Below, piece by piece: positions 1-10,755 of a DNA stretch of 64,000 nucleotides. Under the pieces are notes generated by a model. That model saw only the letters and a list, made by a program, of their open reading frames with translations. It did no database searches and was not told where the DNA came from. Source of the DNA: an uncultured Alphaproteobacteria bacterium (GTDB lineage Bacteria; Pseudomonadota; Alphaproteobacteria; Rhizobiales; Xanthobacteraceae); assembly GCA_963756245.1 (NCBI GenBank), contig CAVWOI010000025.1, forward strand, positions 6,245 to 70,244, given 5' to 3'. Positions within the stretch are counted from its first letter, which is position 1. Every line of letters starts with the position of its first letter. The position numbers and the translations under genes are program-made.

Positions 1-74
1 CCTGTTCAGCGCCCGCATGTGCCGTTGTCTGACAAGAATAGCGTGGTGGTGAAGGAGGCGGCGCCAGGCCCGCC

Positions 75-599
75 TCAAACCATCTTGAGCGGGATCGCGC
101 CGAGGAAATCACGCTTGCCGATGTCCACGCCGCAATGACGCAGGATCGCGTAGGCGGCGGTGCAATGAAAATAGAAGTTCGGCAGCATGAAGTGGTTGAG
201 ATAGTCGTCGCCCTTCATCTGGCCTTTGTTGGTGCCGCCGAGCGGAAACGTGATCTCGCGATCAGCCGCGGCGTCGATCTGCTTGCGATCGAGCGTCTTG
301 AGAAAGGCGACGGTTTTCGCGATGCGCTCCTTGAGCTGCGCGATCGTCGTCTCGTTGTCTTCGTAGCTCGGCGCCTCGACGCCGGCGAGACGCGCCGAAC
401 CACGTCTGGCTCCATCGGTCGCGACCTGGATCTGGCGCGTGAGATCGAACATGTCCGGCGCCAGGCGGGAACGCAGCAGCACGGCGGGGTCGATTTTCTT
501 CGCCGTGGCGAAGGCTTCCGCCTTGTCGAGAATGGCCGAGAGCGCGTTGAGATTGATTTCGAAAACCGGCAGCGCGGCTTGGGACATTGAAAAGGGCAT
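75..599 (-). CDS. DUF1993 family protein
   Basis: 174-aa ORF. Sequence (MPFSMSQAALPVF..NLNALSAILDKAEAF..) and length match my recollection of the DUF1993 helical-bundle family. Overlapping ORFs look like GC shadows. Confidence 0.7.
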   Translation of the reverse strand: MPFSMSQAALPVFEINLNALSAILDKAEAFATAKKIDPAVLLRSRLAPDMFDLTRQIQVATDGARRGSARLAGVEAPSYEDNETTIAQLKERIAKTVAFLKTLDRKQIDAAADREITFPLGGTNKGQMKGDDYLNHFMLPNFYFHCTAAYAILRHCGVDIGKRDFLGAIPLKMV

Positions 600-644
600 G
601 GGCGGTTCCTTTGGTTGGGGTGCCGGGTCTTATCGGCAAAGCAA

Positions 645-681
645 ATTTAAAAACGAAGATGGCCGGGATAAGCCCGGCCAT
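645..681 (-). terminator. Rho-independent terminator downstream of rpsU
   Basis: Perfect 9-bp stem atggccggg/cccggccat (659-681), followed on the minus strand by tcttcgttttt. Confidence 0.6.
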
Positions 682-748
682 GACGAATGAATACGCATAA
701 TCCAGACAAGCGAAGCGACGGTATCGGGCGCCGCAACTGTTCCGCGAT

Positions 749-1045
749 TCAAAAACGCGGCGGGCGCGGTGCGCGCGGCGGGCCGCCTCGTCCGGCGGCG
801 CCGCCGGGGCCGGCGCCGGGAACGACCCGGGGCTTCATCGGCAGCAAGCCTTCGCGCTGCAGCTTCTTGCGGGCGAGCTTGCGGGCGCGGCGGATGGCTT
901 CGGCCTTCTCGCGCACCCGCTTCTCGGAGGGCTTCTCGTAATGGCCGCGCAGCTTCATCTCGCGAAACACGCCTTCACGCTGCATCTTCTTCTTCAGCAC
1001 TCTCAGCGCCTGGTCGACATTGTTGTCACGGACGAGAACCTGCAC
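749..1045 (-). CDS. rpsU: 30S ribosomal protein S21 with Pro/Gly/Arg-rich C-terminal tail
   Basis: [67 protein letters not shown] is canonical S21. Start placed at GTG 1045 (usual N-terminus) rather than the longest ORF start at 1090. Confidence 0.9.
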   Translation of the reverse strand: MQVLVRDNNVDQALRVLKKKMQREGVFREMKLRGHYEKPSEKRVREKAEAIRRARKLARKKLQREGLLPMKPRVVPGAGPGGAAGRGGPPRAPRPPRF

Positions 1046-1124
1046 GCGGCGTTCCTCTTCGATCGAGCGGTTGATGGGGCCGATGGCCAAGGCGCTCGGG
1101 CCTTTGGCGCATGGAGATATAGCG

Positions 1125-1331
1125 TCAGTCGGGGTAGTCGCTCAATAGCGACCGCAGTGCCGCTTTGCCGGCGCGGTTGGCTGCCGTCATCGACTCGAAA
1201 AAAACCTCGGAGTGCTCGATCGGACTGGTCCGGCCGGCGCGATAAATCTCCCAGCGCCACGGTTTCGGCGGCGGCGCCCGGTTCTTTACGACAACCGAAA
1301 AGTCGTCATGATCGATCATGGCCAAGGACAT
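1125..1331 (-). CDS. hypothetical protein
   Basis: [69 protein letters not shown] at 1331 chosen because the upstream part of the longest ORF runs into AT-rich promoter-like DNA. Confidence 0.5.
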   Translation of the reverse strand: MSLAMIDHDDFSVVVKNRAPPPKPWRWEIYRAGRTSPIEHSEVFFESMTAANRAGKAALRSLLSDYPD

Positions 1332-1469
1332 TAGCACATAATATGGTATAATTGGCCGATAAAAAGGTCGTTTGAAAATAAAATAAAGCCCGTGCTTGTT
1401 TAATAACCTTGCTGGCCCCAAGAATGGGGCACGAAAAACTACTCAAATCTATTTTTGAAGGGAAATACT

Positions 1470-1589
1470 ATGCCAGACCCGCAACCCGGCGCCGCGACCA
1501 GCTTTGCCACCAAAACGGTCTATTTTCTGTTCGCTGCGGTGTTCGTGGTCTTCGTCGCCATGCTGACGCTGACGGTTCTCCACCCCTAG
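1470..1589 (+). CDS. candidate 39-aa single-pass membrane protein (below ORF-track cutoff)
   Basis: ATG preceded by gaaggga. Product MPDPQPGAATSFATKTVYFLFAAVFVVFVAMLTLTVLHP has one clear hydrophobic helix. Sits after an AT-rich divergent promoter region. Confidence 0.3.
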   Translation: MPDPQPGAATSFATKTVYFLFAAVFVVFVAMLTLTVLHP

Positions 1590-1668
1590 CTAGCCGGCCG
1601 GCAGCGCATCGTGCGGTTTCGAACCGGTCACGCGCACCATCGCTTGCTGCCTACGGCAGGGACATTGG

Positions 1669-1932
1669 TCAGGATGCCTTGGCCGGCGCTTCCACCAGGG
1701 TGTGGCTGTATTCGACGCTGTCATAGACCGACACTTGAACGATCGGGTAGCCCTTCTTGATCACCAGCGCCGCGGATTGCGCGGCTTCCGCCGTCGTATA
1801 GGAACCCTTGGTCTGGCGGTCGACCTGGAGCCAATAGCGGCCGGCCTCCGGGCGCTTGCGCTGTGACGGCGCTTCGTCGGCTTCTTTGTCGGAATCGTCC
1901 TTTACCGGCATTTTGATCTGGCGCGAGGCCAT
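1669..1932 (-). CDS. hypothetical protein
   Basis: 87-aa ORF with protein-like composition (..GRYWLQVDRQTKGSYTTAEAAQSAALVIKKGYPIVQVSVYD..). No family recognised. Confidence 0.5.
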   Translation of the reverse strand: MASRQIKMPVKDDSDKEADEAPSQRKRPEAGRYWLQVDRQTKGSYTTAEAAQSAALVIKKGYPIVQVSVYDSVEYSHTLVEAPAKAS

Positions 1933-2055
1933 TCGTTGCTCCTTTGCGGGGGATGACCCTCATATAGAGGCTTCAGGCCGCAGCCGCCAGTGGTTTCGGC
2001 TCTGCTAAACTCGGCGCCGGGTTTTGGCGAAGGCGTGAGGGAGCGAACCGGACCG

Positions 2056-3027
2056 ATGCGCAGACTCGTTTTGGCGATGACTGTTCTTGCCGCGATATCC
2101 GGATTTTCCGGCAGCGCGGCGGCACAATCTTTTCCGTCCCGGCCCATTACCATGATCGTGCCGTTCGCCGCCGGCGGCCCGACCGACGCGATCGCGCGCG
2201 TCATCGGCGAGCGCATGGGCCAGTCGCTCGGGCAACCGGTCGTCATCGAGAACGTCACCGGCGCCGGCGGAACCATCGCCGCCGGCCGCGTCGCCCGCGC
2301 CGCGCCCGACGGCTACACCCTCGACCTCGCCACCTGGTCGACGCACGTGGTGACGCCGGTGCTCTATCAATTGCAATACGACGTCTTCCGCGATTTCGAT
2401 CCGGTGGCGTGGCTGACGCAGACGCCGTTGCTTTTAGTTTCCAAGAAAGAAATTCCGGCGAAGGATTTGAAGGAATTGGTTGGCTGGCTGAAGAGCGATG
2501 CCAATCCCGTGCTGCTCGGCAGCGCCGGCGGCACCGATCAGGTGGCCGGCTTTTTGCTCCAGCAGCAAACCGGCGCAAAAATCCAGGTCGTGCCGTATCG
2601 CGGGCTGGCGCCGGCGATGCAGGATCTGTTGGCGGGGCGCATCGATTTATTGTTCGACCAGCCATCCGACGCGATGCCGCAGATTCGCAACGGCACGATC
2701 AAAGGCTATGCCGTCACCCGATCGAGCCGCGCCGCGGTCGCGCCCGATATTCCCACCGTCGACGAGGCGGGCTTGCCGGGCCTGCACATCACGCCGTGGC
2801 ATTCGCTATGGGTGCCGAAGGGCACGCCGCCGGCGGTGATTGCCAAGCTCAATGCCGCCGCCATGGACGCGCTGGCCGATGCCGCCGTGCGCAACCGTCT
2901 CGCCACTATCGGTCAGGAAGTCGTGCCGCGCGAGCAAGAGACGCCGGCGGCGCTTGCCGCCTATTACAAGTCCGAAACCGATACCTGGTGGTCGATCATC
3001 AAGGCGGCCGGCATCAAGGCGGAGTAG
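2056..3027 (+). CDS. Bug-family tripartite tricarboxylate transporter substrate-binding protein (TctC-like)
   Basis: Signal peptide MRRLVLAMTVLAAISGFSGSAAAQ, then the typical Bug start FPSRPITMIVPFAAGGPTD. Start moved to ATG 2056. Confidence 0.85.
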   Translation: MRRLVLAMTVLAAISGFSGSAAAQSFPSRPITMIVPFAAGGPTDAIARVIGERMGQSLGQPVVIENVTGAGGTIAAGRVARAAPDGYTLDLATWSTHVVTPVLYQLQYDVFRDFDPVAWLTQTPLLLVSKKEIPAKDLKELVGWLKSDANPVLLGSAGGTDQVAGFLLQQQTGAKIQVVPYRGLAPAMQDLLAGRIDLLFDQPSDAMPQIRNGTIKGYAVTRSSRAAVAPDIPTVDEAGLPGLHITPWHSLWVPKGTPPAVIAKLNAAAMDALADAAVRNRLATIGQEVVPREQETPAALAAYYKSETDTWWSIIKAAGIKAE

Positions 3028-3049
3028 GTGCGGTTGCCTGACCGGCCAG

Positions 3050-3316
3050 CTACGCAAATCGCTCCTTCGCTCTCTCGCGCGCTTTCGCCGCTTCCAGCTC
3101 GCGGTTCTTTGCCGGGCTCGCCGTCTCCAGCGATTGCAGGAGGCGGCGGGCCGCGTCCGTGACCTCGTCGACGGCGCGGGCGAACGCCGCTTCATTGGCG
3201 CGGGACGGCTGCGTAAATCCGCTCAGCTTGCGGACGAACTGCAGCGCCGACGCGCGGACTTCCTCGTCCGTAGCCGGCGGCTCGAAATTAAAGAGTGTGC
3301 GTATATTCCGGCACAT
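3050..3316 (-). CDS. DUF2277 family protein
   Basis: MCRNIRTLFNFEPPATDEEVRASALQFVRKLSGF.. matches the N-terminus I recall for DUF2277. Confidence 0.6.
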   Translation of the reverse strand: MCRNIRTLFNFEPPATDEEVRASALQFVRKLSGFTQPSRANEAAFARAVDEVTDAARRLLQSLETASPAKNRELEAAKARERAKERFA

Positions 3317-3346
3317 GGTCCCTCCGTTCTCTGCCGCTCACCAGTT

Positions 3347-3742
3347 TCATTGCGGCAGCATCCGATCTTCCGCCTTAAAATACTTTCGCGCATGGGCGAC
3401 GAGCTGCGCGTCGCTCGGGTGATCGACGGTCTCGATCCCGACAATGATCTTCATCAATTGGGGATCGTGCTGGCTGATGTGCTTGACCAATTCGGTCTTG
3501 GCATTGGCGGGGCCGGTCACCAGAACCGCGCCGGCGTCGGCGATCGATTGCGCGACCGCCTGGAGGAACTCGTGATCCTCCGCTGCGTGGCCGCTGCCGA
3601 TGGAGTTCGCCTTGTGGTGGATGTGTCTGGTCGGATGATCCGGGTGCAGCACCAGCCGCTCGACGTCGGTTGGGCTGAAATGAAACACGCGTGCTTCATG
3701 GTGATCGATCCACACGACGGCATGAAAGTGATGGCTGCTCAC
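3347..3742 (-). CDS. conserved hypothetical protein (family I recall annotated as 'translational machinery protein')
   Basis: 131-aa ORF MSSHHFHAVVWIDHHEARVFHF... Coding looks good. The functional label is from memory only. Confidence 0.55.
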   Translation of the reverse strand: MSSHHFHAVVWIDHHEARVFHFSPTDVERLVLHPDHPTRHIHHKANSIGSGHAAEDHEFLQAVAQSIADAGAVLVTGPANAKTELVKHISQHDPQLMKIIVGIETVDHPSDAQLVAHARKYFKAEDRMLPQ

Positions 3743-3777
3743 GGGAACTCTCCTTTGGCCCGTACGGGGCTATTCGA

Positions 3778-4182
3778 TCAAGCATCGACGATCATCTTGC
3801 CGATCGGCCACAGCGCGATGCCGGCGAGTTTCAGATGCGCCCAGGCGAACGGGATGCCGATGATGGTCACGGCCAGCAGAATGGCGGTGAGCAGATGGCC
3901 GAGCGCCAGCCACCAGCCGGCCAGCACCAGCCACACGATGTTGCCGAGGAGCCCGAACGGCCCGGTGCCGATATCGTGGGTTCCCAAATGCTCGGCCCGC
4001 GATACCGCCCTGCGGCCGAACGGCAGCAGCGCATAGGAGGCGATATTGAACGCCGCGCGCGCCCAGGGCAGGCCGATGATGGTGATCGCCATGATGATGG
4101 CTGCGACAATCCATCCCGCCGCCATCCAGAGGCCGCCGAACACAATCCACAGCAGATTGAGCAAAAAGGACAAAGGGGACAT
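3778..4182 (-). CDS. YccF domain inner-membrane protein
   Basis: Two repeated YccF-like hydrophobic modules (NLLWIVFGGLWMAAGW...IIGLPWA ; NIVWLVLAGWWLALGH...IIGIPFA). Confidence 0.85.
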   Translation of the reverse strand: MSPLSFLLNLLWIVFGGLWMAAGWIVAAIIMAITIIGLPWARAAFNIASYALLPFGRRAVSRAEHLGTHDIGTGPFGLLGNIVWLVLAGWWLALGHLLTAILLAVTIIGIPFAWAHLKLAGIALWPIGKMIVDA

Positions 4183-4415
4183 GAGGTTTCGTCACGGGTT
4201 TGGAGTAATGTACCGATGGGGTGATTCGTTGGTGATTTAACGATGAGGGTAGGTATTTGCTAGACCGCGGGAGATGATCCATGGCCGTCAGTCAGCTTTT
4301 CATCGGACCGACAGCGGAACCTGCGCTCAATACCAAAACTGCCTCGGTTCATCGCTTGGGGCAACAACCGACGACGGCGGTCGAGCGGATCGATCGGCTG
4401 GCTCTGCCGCAAATC

Positions 4416-5348
4416 ATGACGGCGGTGCAAATCAACCAGCTGGGACCGCCGCAGATTATTTCTCTCGAACGCGTCGACGTGCCGGAGCCGCAGGAGCTGC
4501 AGGTTCTGGTGCGGGTGTGCGCCGCCGGGGTCGGGCCTTGGGATGCCCTGGTGCGCACCGGCAAGAGCGGCCTGCCGCTGACACCGCCGTTGACGCTGGG
4601 TTGCGAAATCTCCGGCATCGTCGAAAAGGTCGGCGCCAATACCACCGGCTTCGCGCCGGGCGACGAGGTGTTCGGCGCCACCAATCCGCTTTTCATCATG
4701 GGCTACGCCGAATATGCCGCCGTTTCGGCGCGCATGATCGCGAAAAAGTCGGCGGCGCTGTCGCACGTCGAGGCCGCGGCGATGCCGGTGGTCGGCGTGA
4801 TGGCATGGCAAATGCTGTTCGATCACGCCGCCCTGCGCGAAGGCCAGACCGTGGTCATCCACGGCGGCGCCGGCAATGTCGGCGCCTATGCGGTGCAGCT
4901 GGCGCGGGCGAAAAAACTCCACGTCATCGCCACCGTCCGTAACGGCGATGCCGACTATGTGCGCGGGCTGGGCGCCCACGAGGTGGTCAACACCGAGACC
5001 GAAAACCTGACGAATTTCGCGCGGCGCGCCGACGCGGTGATCGATACGGTCGGCGGCCCGGCGCAGGATCAATTGTTTGCCTTCATCAAGCCCGGCGGCA
5101 TCATCGTCTCCTCGGTGTCGCGGCCGAATGTGCAGCTGGCGCAAAAACGTCGCGTGCGCGCCGACTATTTCATCGTCGACGTCAATACCGCGCAACTGGC
5201 GCGGCTCGCCCAGATGCACGACAAGAACGAGCTGGTCGTTCCGGTCGGCAGCGTGCTGCCGCTCGCCGAGGCGCGCGCCGCCCACGAAATGCTCGACGGC
5301 ACGCGCGCCCATAAACGCGGCAAGATCGTGCTCCGCGTCGGCGGATAA
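4416..5348 (+). CDS. NADPH:quinone oxidoreductase / zinc-type alcohol dehydrogenase superfamily (MDR) protein
   Basis: MTAVQINQLGPP..LVRVCAAGVGPWD..VVIHGGAGNVGAYAVQLA..GKIVLRV are typical MDR/quinone-reductase strings. Start at ATG 4416. Confidence 0.85.
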   Translation: MTAVQINQLGPPQIISLERVDVPEPQELQVLVRVCAAGVGPWDALVRTGKSGLPLTPPLTLGCEISGIVEKVGANTTGFAPGDEVFGATNPLFIMGYAEYAAVSARMIAKKSAALSHVEAAAMPVVGVMAWQMLFDHAALREGQTVVIHGGAGNVGAYAVQLARAKKLHVIATVRNGDADYVRGLGAHEVVNTETENLTNFARRADAVIDTVGGPAQDQLFAFIKPGGIIVSSVSRPNVQLAQKRRVRADYFIVDVNTAQLARLAQMHDKNELVVPVGSVLPLAEARAAHEMLDGTRAHKRGKIVLRVGG

Positions 5349-5360
5349 TTTCTCAACCGT

Positions 5361-5483
5361 GTTTCCCGGGCGCAGCGCAGCACGAAGTGGTGCGCTGCAG
5401 ACCCGGGATCGTAACAAACTCAGAGTCCTTTACGATCCCGGATCAGCGGTGCATCACTTCGTGCTGCACCGCATCCGGGAAAC
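5361..5483. repeat. REP-like inverted pair (family A)
   Basis: gtttcccgggcgcagcgcagcacgaagtggtgcgctgcagacccgggatcgtaa (5361-5414) and its near reverse complement (5430-5483). Each arm is itself a hairpin. Confidence 0.8.
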
Positions 5484-5494
5484 GAAACAAATAA

Positions 5495-6721
5495 TCAGAA
5501 AAACGCCTGGATGCCCGTCTGCGCGCGGCCGAGAATCAGCGCGTGGATGTCGTGGGTGCCCTCGTAGGTGTTGACGGTCTCGAGATTGCACAGCACGCGC
5601 ATGACGTGGAATTCCTCGGCGATGCCGTTGCCGCCGTGCATGTCGCGGGCGAGGCGGGCGATCTCCAGCGCCTTGCCGCAATTGTTGCGCTTGAGCAACG
5701 AGATCGCCGGCGGCGACGCCTTGCCCTGATCGATCAGCCGCGACAGGCGCAGCGCCGCGTGCAAGCCGAGCGCGATCTCGGTCTGCATGTCGGCGAGTTT
5801 TTTCTGCACCAGCTGATTGGCGGCGAGCGGCCGGCCGAACTGCTTGCGGGTCAGCACATAATCGCGGGCGCGGTGCCAGCAGAACTCGGCGGCGCCGATC
5901 GCGCCCCAGGCGATGCCGGCGCGCGCCACGTTGAGGCAGCCGAACGGGCCGGCTAGGCCGGACACGTTCGGCAACAGATTGTCTTCGGGCACGACCGCGC
6001 CTTCGAGCACGACCTCGCCGGTGATCGAGGCGCGCAGCGACAGCTTGCCTTCGATTTTCGGCGTGGAAAATCCCTTGGTGCCACGCTCGACGAGGAAGCC
6101 GCGGATCCTGCCGTCGAGCTTTGCCCAGATGATGGCGACGTCGGCCACCGGCGCATTGGTGATCCAGGTTTTGGCGCCGGTGAGGGAAAAGCCGCCCGGC
6201 ACTTTCTCGGCGCGCGTCACCATCGAGCCGGGATCGGAGCCGTGGTCCGGCTCGGTGAGGCCGAAGCAGCCGAGCAATTCGCCGGTCGCCATCTTCGGCA
6301 GATATTTGCGGCGCTGCGCTTCGGAGCCATAGGCATAGATCGCCTGCATGGCGAGCGAGGACTGCACCGACATCGCCGAGCGGAAGCCGGAATCCACCCG
6401 CTCGAGCTCGCGCGCGATCAGCCCGTAGCAGACATAGCCGAGGCCGGCGCCGCCGTATTCTTCCGGGATCGTCGAGCCCAACAGCCCGAGCTCGCCCATC
6501 TCGCGAAAAATCGCCGGGTCGGTCTTGCCGTCGCGATTGGCGGCGATGACGCGGGGAAACAGCTTCTCCTGGGCATAGTCGCGCGCGGTGTCGCGCACCA
6601 TGCGCTCTTCCTCGGTCAGCTCGCTTTCGAGGTCGAGCGGATCGTCCCACTTGAACGCGGCGTCCTTGATCTGGGCGCTTTTCGGCTGGCTTTTTTGCGT
6701 TTTCTCCGCAACCTGGGTCAT
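5495..6721 (-). CDS. gcdH: glutaryl-CoA dehydrogenase
   Basis: 408 aa. Acyl-CoA dehydrogenase fold with GcdH-typical strings ([37 protein letters not shown]). Confidence 0.9.
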   Translation of the reverse strand: MTQVAEKTQKSQPKSAQIKDAAFKWDDPLDLESELTEEERMVRDTARDYAQEKLFPRVIAANRDGKTDPAIFREMGELGLLGSTIPEEYGGAGLGYVCYGLIARELERVDSGFRSAMSVQSSLAMQAIYAYGSEAQRRKYLPKMATGELLGCFGLTEPDHGSDPGSMVTRAEKVPGGFSLTGAKTWITNAPVADVAIIWAKLDGRIRGFLVERGTKGFSTPKIEGKLSLRASITGEVVLEGAVVPEDNLLPNVSGLAGPFGCLNVARAGIAWGAIGAAEFCWHRARDYVLTRKQFGRPLAANQLVQKKLADMQTEIALGLHAALRLSRLIDQGKASPPAISLLKRNNCGKALEIARLARDMHGGNGIAEEFHVMRVLCNLETVNTYEGTHDIHALILGRAQTGIQAFF

Positions 6722-6901
6722 CGCGCGTCTCCTCGGGTAACCGCCGCGGCAAGCTTAGGAGCCTCGTCCGGCAGCGGCAAGCGGCTGTCCGGAATCAAAT
6801 TAATATGTCTCCGCCTGATCGGGTGGCGGCCTTTCAATATAATTCGTCTCCGCCCCAAGCCGTTGCCGCATCGGCGGCGTTCCGCTATCTAAACCCTTAA
6901 C

Positions 6902-6978
<77 letters not shown>

Positions 6979-7009
6979 ATATGCGAAAGCCAATTGGTGG
7001 CCGCACGCG

Positions 7010-7372
7010 ATGCCCGAGACGCGTCTCAGTATCCGCCTCGACCTGACCAGCGGCGATCGTATCGGCCCGGGAAAGATCGCGCTTTTGGAGGCGATCCAGG
7101 CAACCGGCTCGATATCCGCGGCCGCGCGCAAGGTCGGGATGTCATATCGTCGTGCGTGGCTTTTGGTCGAACAGATCAATGCGGCTCTGCAGGAGCCTGC
7201 GGTCACCTCCGCAGCAGGCGGGCGGCAGGGTGGCGGCGCGGTCGTGACACCCGTGGGGAACCGGATCATTGAAATCTATCGCTCCATTGAAACGACAGCG
7301 CAGAAGTCCGCTACGGGAGAATTTCGGGCTGTAGAGAAGATCGTCCGTAAGGCCAGGCGCCGGACAAAATAA
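7010..7372 (+). CDS. ModE-N-terminal-like winged-helix regulator (no Mop domains)
   Basis: [39 protein letters not shown] is the ModE/LysR-type HTH signature. At 120 aa it has the DNA-binding half only. Confidence 0.75.
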   Translation: MPETRLSIRLDLTSGDRIGPGKIALLEAIQATGSISAAARKVGMSYRRAWLLVEQINAALQEPAVTSAAGGRQGGGAVVTPVGNRIIEIYRSIETTAQKSATGEFRAVEKIVRKARRRTK

Positions 7373-7512
7373 GGCGCCGTCGGCGATCTTTTTTCTTGCC
7401 CACCAGCGCGTGCCGCAGGATCGGTCAAACCTTGCTCACACTTGCGGCTTCGTGCGAAACGACGCATTGAACGGACGCCTGCAGTCAGGTCGAGATCAGG
7501 GAAGCAAGTAGA

Positions 7513-8511
7513 ATGGCAAACGATAGCAGTCTCCCAACACGTTCGCTGGGCTCATCAGGCATCCAAACGTCCGCGATCGGACTTGGATGCATGTCGCTGT
7601 CAGGCGTTTATGGCGCCAGTAACGACGAGGAAGGGATCGCCCTTATTGGCGAGGCGCTGGATCGAGGCATAACGTTGCTCGATACCTCGGACGCATACGG
7701 AGCCGGGCACAATGAGGAGCTCGTCGGCAAGGCCATCAAGGGGCGCCGCTCCGAATTGGTCTTGGCGACCAAGTTCGGCAATGTCGGCGGACGCGGCGGC
7801 AAGATCGCCGATGGCCGTCCGGAATATGTCATCAGCTCTTGCGAGGCCAGTCTCAAGCGGTTGGGCGTCGAGGTCATCGATCTGTACTACCAGCACCGCA
7901 TCGATCCGGACGTTCCGATCGAAGACACCGTCGGCGCGATGGCCCGGTTGGTCGAACAAGGCAAGGTCCGAGCGCTCGGCCTGAGCGAGGCTCGGCCGGA
8001 AACCATTCGTCGCGCTCACGCCGTGCACGAGATTGCGGTCGTGCAAAACGAGTTCTCGTTGCTGTATCGCGCCGAGGCCGAAGAGACGCTGCGCACGACG
8101 CGCGCGCTCAAGATCGGCTTTGTCGCTTATTCCCCGCTCGGACGCGGCTTGCTGACCGGCGTGGTCGAGGATCCGACCGGCATGTCCGACGGCGACACGC
8201 GGCGGCGACACCCGCGCTTCGCGACGGAAAACATCAATCACAACCTGTCACTGGTCCGCGGCATCGAAGAGATCGCCCAGGAAAAGCGCTGCACGCTCGG
8301 CCAACTCGCCTTGGCCTGGCTGCTGGCTCAGGGAAAAGACATCGTGCCGATCCCGGGCACCAAGAAAAGCAAAAGGCTTGCGGAGAACATCGGTGCGCTC
8401 GCGGTCGAATTGACCGCAGACGACCTCGCGCAAATCGCCGACTCAATTCCGGTCGGCGCCGCCGCCGGCCTGCGCTACCCGGAAGGTCTGATGAAGAGCC
8501 TCTATCTCTGA
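7513..8511 (+). CDS. aldo/keto reductase
   Basis: [48 protein letters not shown] are classic AKR motifs. Confidence 0.9.
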   Translation: MANDSSLPTRSLGSSGIQTSAIGLGCMSLSGVYGASNDEEGIALIGEALDRGITLLDTSDAYGAGHNEELVGKAIKGRRSELVLATKFGNVGGRGGKIADGRPEYVISSCEASLKRLGVEVIDLYYQHRIDPDVPIEDTVGAMARLVEQGKVRALGLSEARPETIRRAHAVHEIAVVQNEFSLLYRAEAEETLRTTRALKIGFVAYSPLGRGLLTGVVEDPTGMSDGDTRRRHPRFATENINHNLSLVRGIEEIAQEKRCTLGQLALAWLLAQGKDIVPIPGTKKSKRLAENIGALAVELTADDLAQIADSIPVGAAAGLRYPEGLMKSLYL

Positions 8512-8638
8512 GGACTTCAACGATGAGGCGCGCGTTTCGGCGGCGAGAAGTTTGATCCGGCGCAGAGAGGGAAGGGGAGGATTGGATGCGGTGGAGAAAA
8601 TAAGTGCTTTCAATGCAGGCTGAACAATACGTCGCGTC

Positions 8639-9823
8639 GTGGCGAAGCGGAGAACAATGGTGATGGGGCGAGGCGGGATTACCATACTTGTCGGCACGAC
8701 GAAGGGTGCTTTCTTGATATCCGGCGGCAGCGACAGGCAGGGTTGGACCGTCAACGGGCCATTCTGCGACGGCTGGCCCATCAACCACATCATCGGTGAC
8801 CCTGCCACAGGCGTGCTGTGGGCCGGCGGGGGTGGCGAATGGCACGGCGCCGGTGTGTGGCGCTCCGAAGACTCGGGCGCGACCTGGCAAGTTGCCAAGC
8901 TCACAAAGGGTTTGATCGACGACTGGGCGGCCACCGATCCGCAACTCGCAGCCACGATGAACTGGACCGCGCGGCCGCTGCCATTCGCGGATCAGTTCTC
9001 GCAGATCTGGTCGCTGGGCTATGCCCACGGGGCGCTATATGCCGGAACCAAACCGGCCAGGCTGCTTTCGAGTCGAGACGGCGGCAAAAGTTGGGAAGAA
9101 GTTCAAGGGCTGCGTGACCATCCGTCTGCCGGTAGTTGGAACCCTGGCGGAGCCGGATTGGTTTTGCATACGATTTTGTCTGATCCGGCGAATGCCAAAA
9201 AGCTCTGGGTCGGGATTTCGGCCGCTGGCGTCTTTGCAACAGAGGATGGCGGCAGCACCTGGGAACGTCGCAATCGACTTTCAAATACCAAGCCCAGCAC
9301 TGAACACAGCCATCCCGCGGCGCCCCGCGACGGCGAAATCGGACATTGCGTCCACAACATGATGCGGGCACCAGGCACTGCTGACTTGCTTTATCAGCAA
9401 AATCATCACGGCGTCTGGCGTTCTGCCGATGGCGGCCGGAGTTGGGACGACATCACGCATGGTCTTCCGTCAACGTTTGGCTTTCCGATCTGCGTTCATC
9501 CGCGGGACCCGGAAACTGTCTGGACCGTGCCTCTGAACGGTGACATGGCGGGACGTTTTCCGCCCGATGCCGCGGCGGCTGTCTGGCGCTCAAGAGACGG
9601 CGGCGAGACCTGGCAGGCGATGCGCGATGGATTGCCACAGGAAGCCTGCTACTTCACCGTTCTTCGGCAGGCAATGGCGCGTGATGAACACGAGCCGGTG
9701 GGCCTCTACCTCGGCACGAATAGTGGTTCAGTCTTTGCCAGTCCCGACGAGGGTGAGAACTGGCACGAGATCGCGCGGCATCTCCCGACCATCCTGAGCA
9801 TTGAAGCGCTCGACCGTCGATAG
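8639..9823 (+). CDS. BNR/Asp-box repeat beta-propeller protein (sialidase-fold, function unknown)
   Basis: Six Asp-box motifs (SEDSGATW, SRDGGKSW, TEDGGSTW, SADGGRSW, SRDGGETW, SPDEGENW). No signal peptide. Exact start uncertain. Confidence 0.8.
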   Translation: MAKRRTMVMGRGGITILVGTTKGAFLISGGSDRQGWTVNGPFCDGWPINHIIGDPATGVLWAGGGGEWHGAGVWRSEDSGATWQVAKLTKGLIDDWAATDPQLAATMNWTARPLPFADQFSQIWSLGYAHGALYAGTKPARLLSSRDGGKSWEEVQGLRDHPSAGSWNPGGAGLVLHTILSDPANAKKLWVGISAAGVFATEDGGSTWERRNRLSNTKPSTEHSHPAAPRDGEIGHCVHNMMRAPGTADLLYQQNHHGVWRSADGGRSWDDITHGLPSTFGFPICVHPRDPETVWTVPLNGDMAGRFPPDAAAAVWRSRDGGETWQAMRDGLPQEACYFTVLRQAMARDEHEPVGLYLGTNSGSVFASPDEGENWHEIARHLPTILSIEALDRR

Positions 9824-9939
9824 CCGACAGCGCAAGCGGGCAGCTTGGTGATCGGGGATGGGATGTCCGCCATGGGCCAAAACAGACTTTTGCGCCCATT
9901 CCGGATATTAGACCCCGATCAGTCCCTTCGGAGGCGCCG

Positions 9940-10755
9940 ATGCGCCGAATTGTCACTTTTCTATTCGTGATTTTTGCAATCAACGCTGCGCACGCCGACG
10001 AGCGGTTTATCACTCTTAGCTCGACCACATCGACGCAAGATTCCGGTCTATTTGGATACATCCTGCCGATCTTCAAGGCTGCGACGGGCATTGAAGTTCA
10101 TGTCGTGGCGGTCGGTACCGGACAGGCGCTTGCCATCGGCCAGCGCGGCGACGCGGACGCGCTTCTGGTCCATGATCGGCCGGGCGAGGATAAGTTCGTC
10201 GCCGAAGGCTACGGCATCGATCGGCGCGATGTGATGTACAATGACTTTGTCATCGTCGGGCCGAGCACCGATCCAGCGGCTATTCGGGGATTCAGGGATG
10301 CGAAGAAAGCGCTCGCGCAAATCGCCGCCGCCAAGGCGCCGTTCGCCAGCCGCGGCGACGACAGCGGCACCAATCGGATGGAGCTTCGCCTGTGGAAATC
10401 GGCCGGCATCGCGCCGGACCCGCATAGCGGCTGGTATCGCGATCTCGGCCAGGGCATGGGGCCGACGCTCAACATCGCCGCCGGCATGAACGCCTACACG
10501 CTGACCGATCGCGCCACCTGGGCCAATTTCAAGAACCGGCAGAGCCTCGAAATTCTGGTCGAAGGCGACACGGTCCTGCTCAATCCTTACGGCAGCATCC
10601 TGGTCAATCCGGCTAAATGGTCACACGTAAAGATCGCCGACGCGAAGATTTGGCACGAATGGCTCACGACCAAACCCGGGCTCGACGTGATCACGTCATA
10701 CAAGATCAACGGCGAAGAATTGTTCTTTCCGCCGCCCAAGGAAGCCACGCATTAG
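9940..10755 (+). CDS. TupA-like tungstate/oxyanion ABC substrate-binding protein
   Basis: Signal peptide, then LSSTTSTQDSGLFGYILPIF (TupA-type TTTS..SGL anion-binding motif) and GTGQALAIGQRGDADALLVH. Confidence 0.8.
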   Translation: MRRIVTFLFVIFAINAAHADERFITLSSTTSTQDSGLFGYILPIFKAATGIEVHVVAVGTGQALAIGQRGDADALLVHDRPGEDKFVAEGYGIDRRDVMYNDFVIVGPSTDPAAIRGFRDAKKALAQIAAAKAPFASRGDDSGTNRMELRLWKSAGIAPDPHSGWYRDLGQGMGPTLNIAAGMNAYTLTDRATWANFKNRQSLEILVEGDTVLLNPYGSILVNPAKWSHVKIADAKIWHEWLTTKPGLDVITSYKINGEELFFPPPKEATH

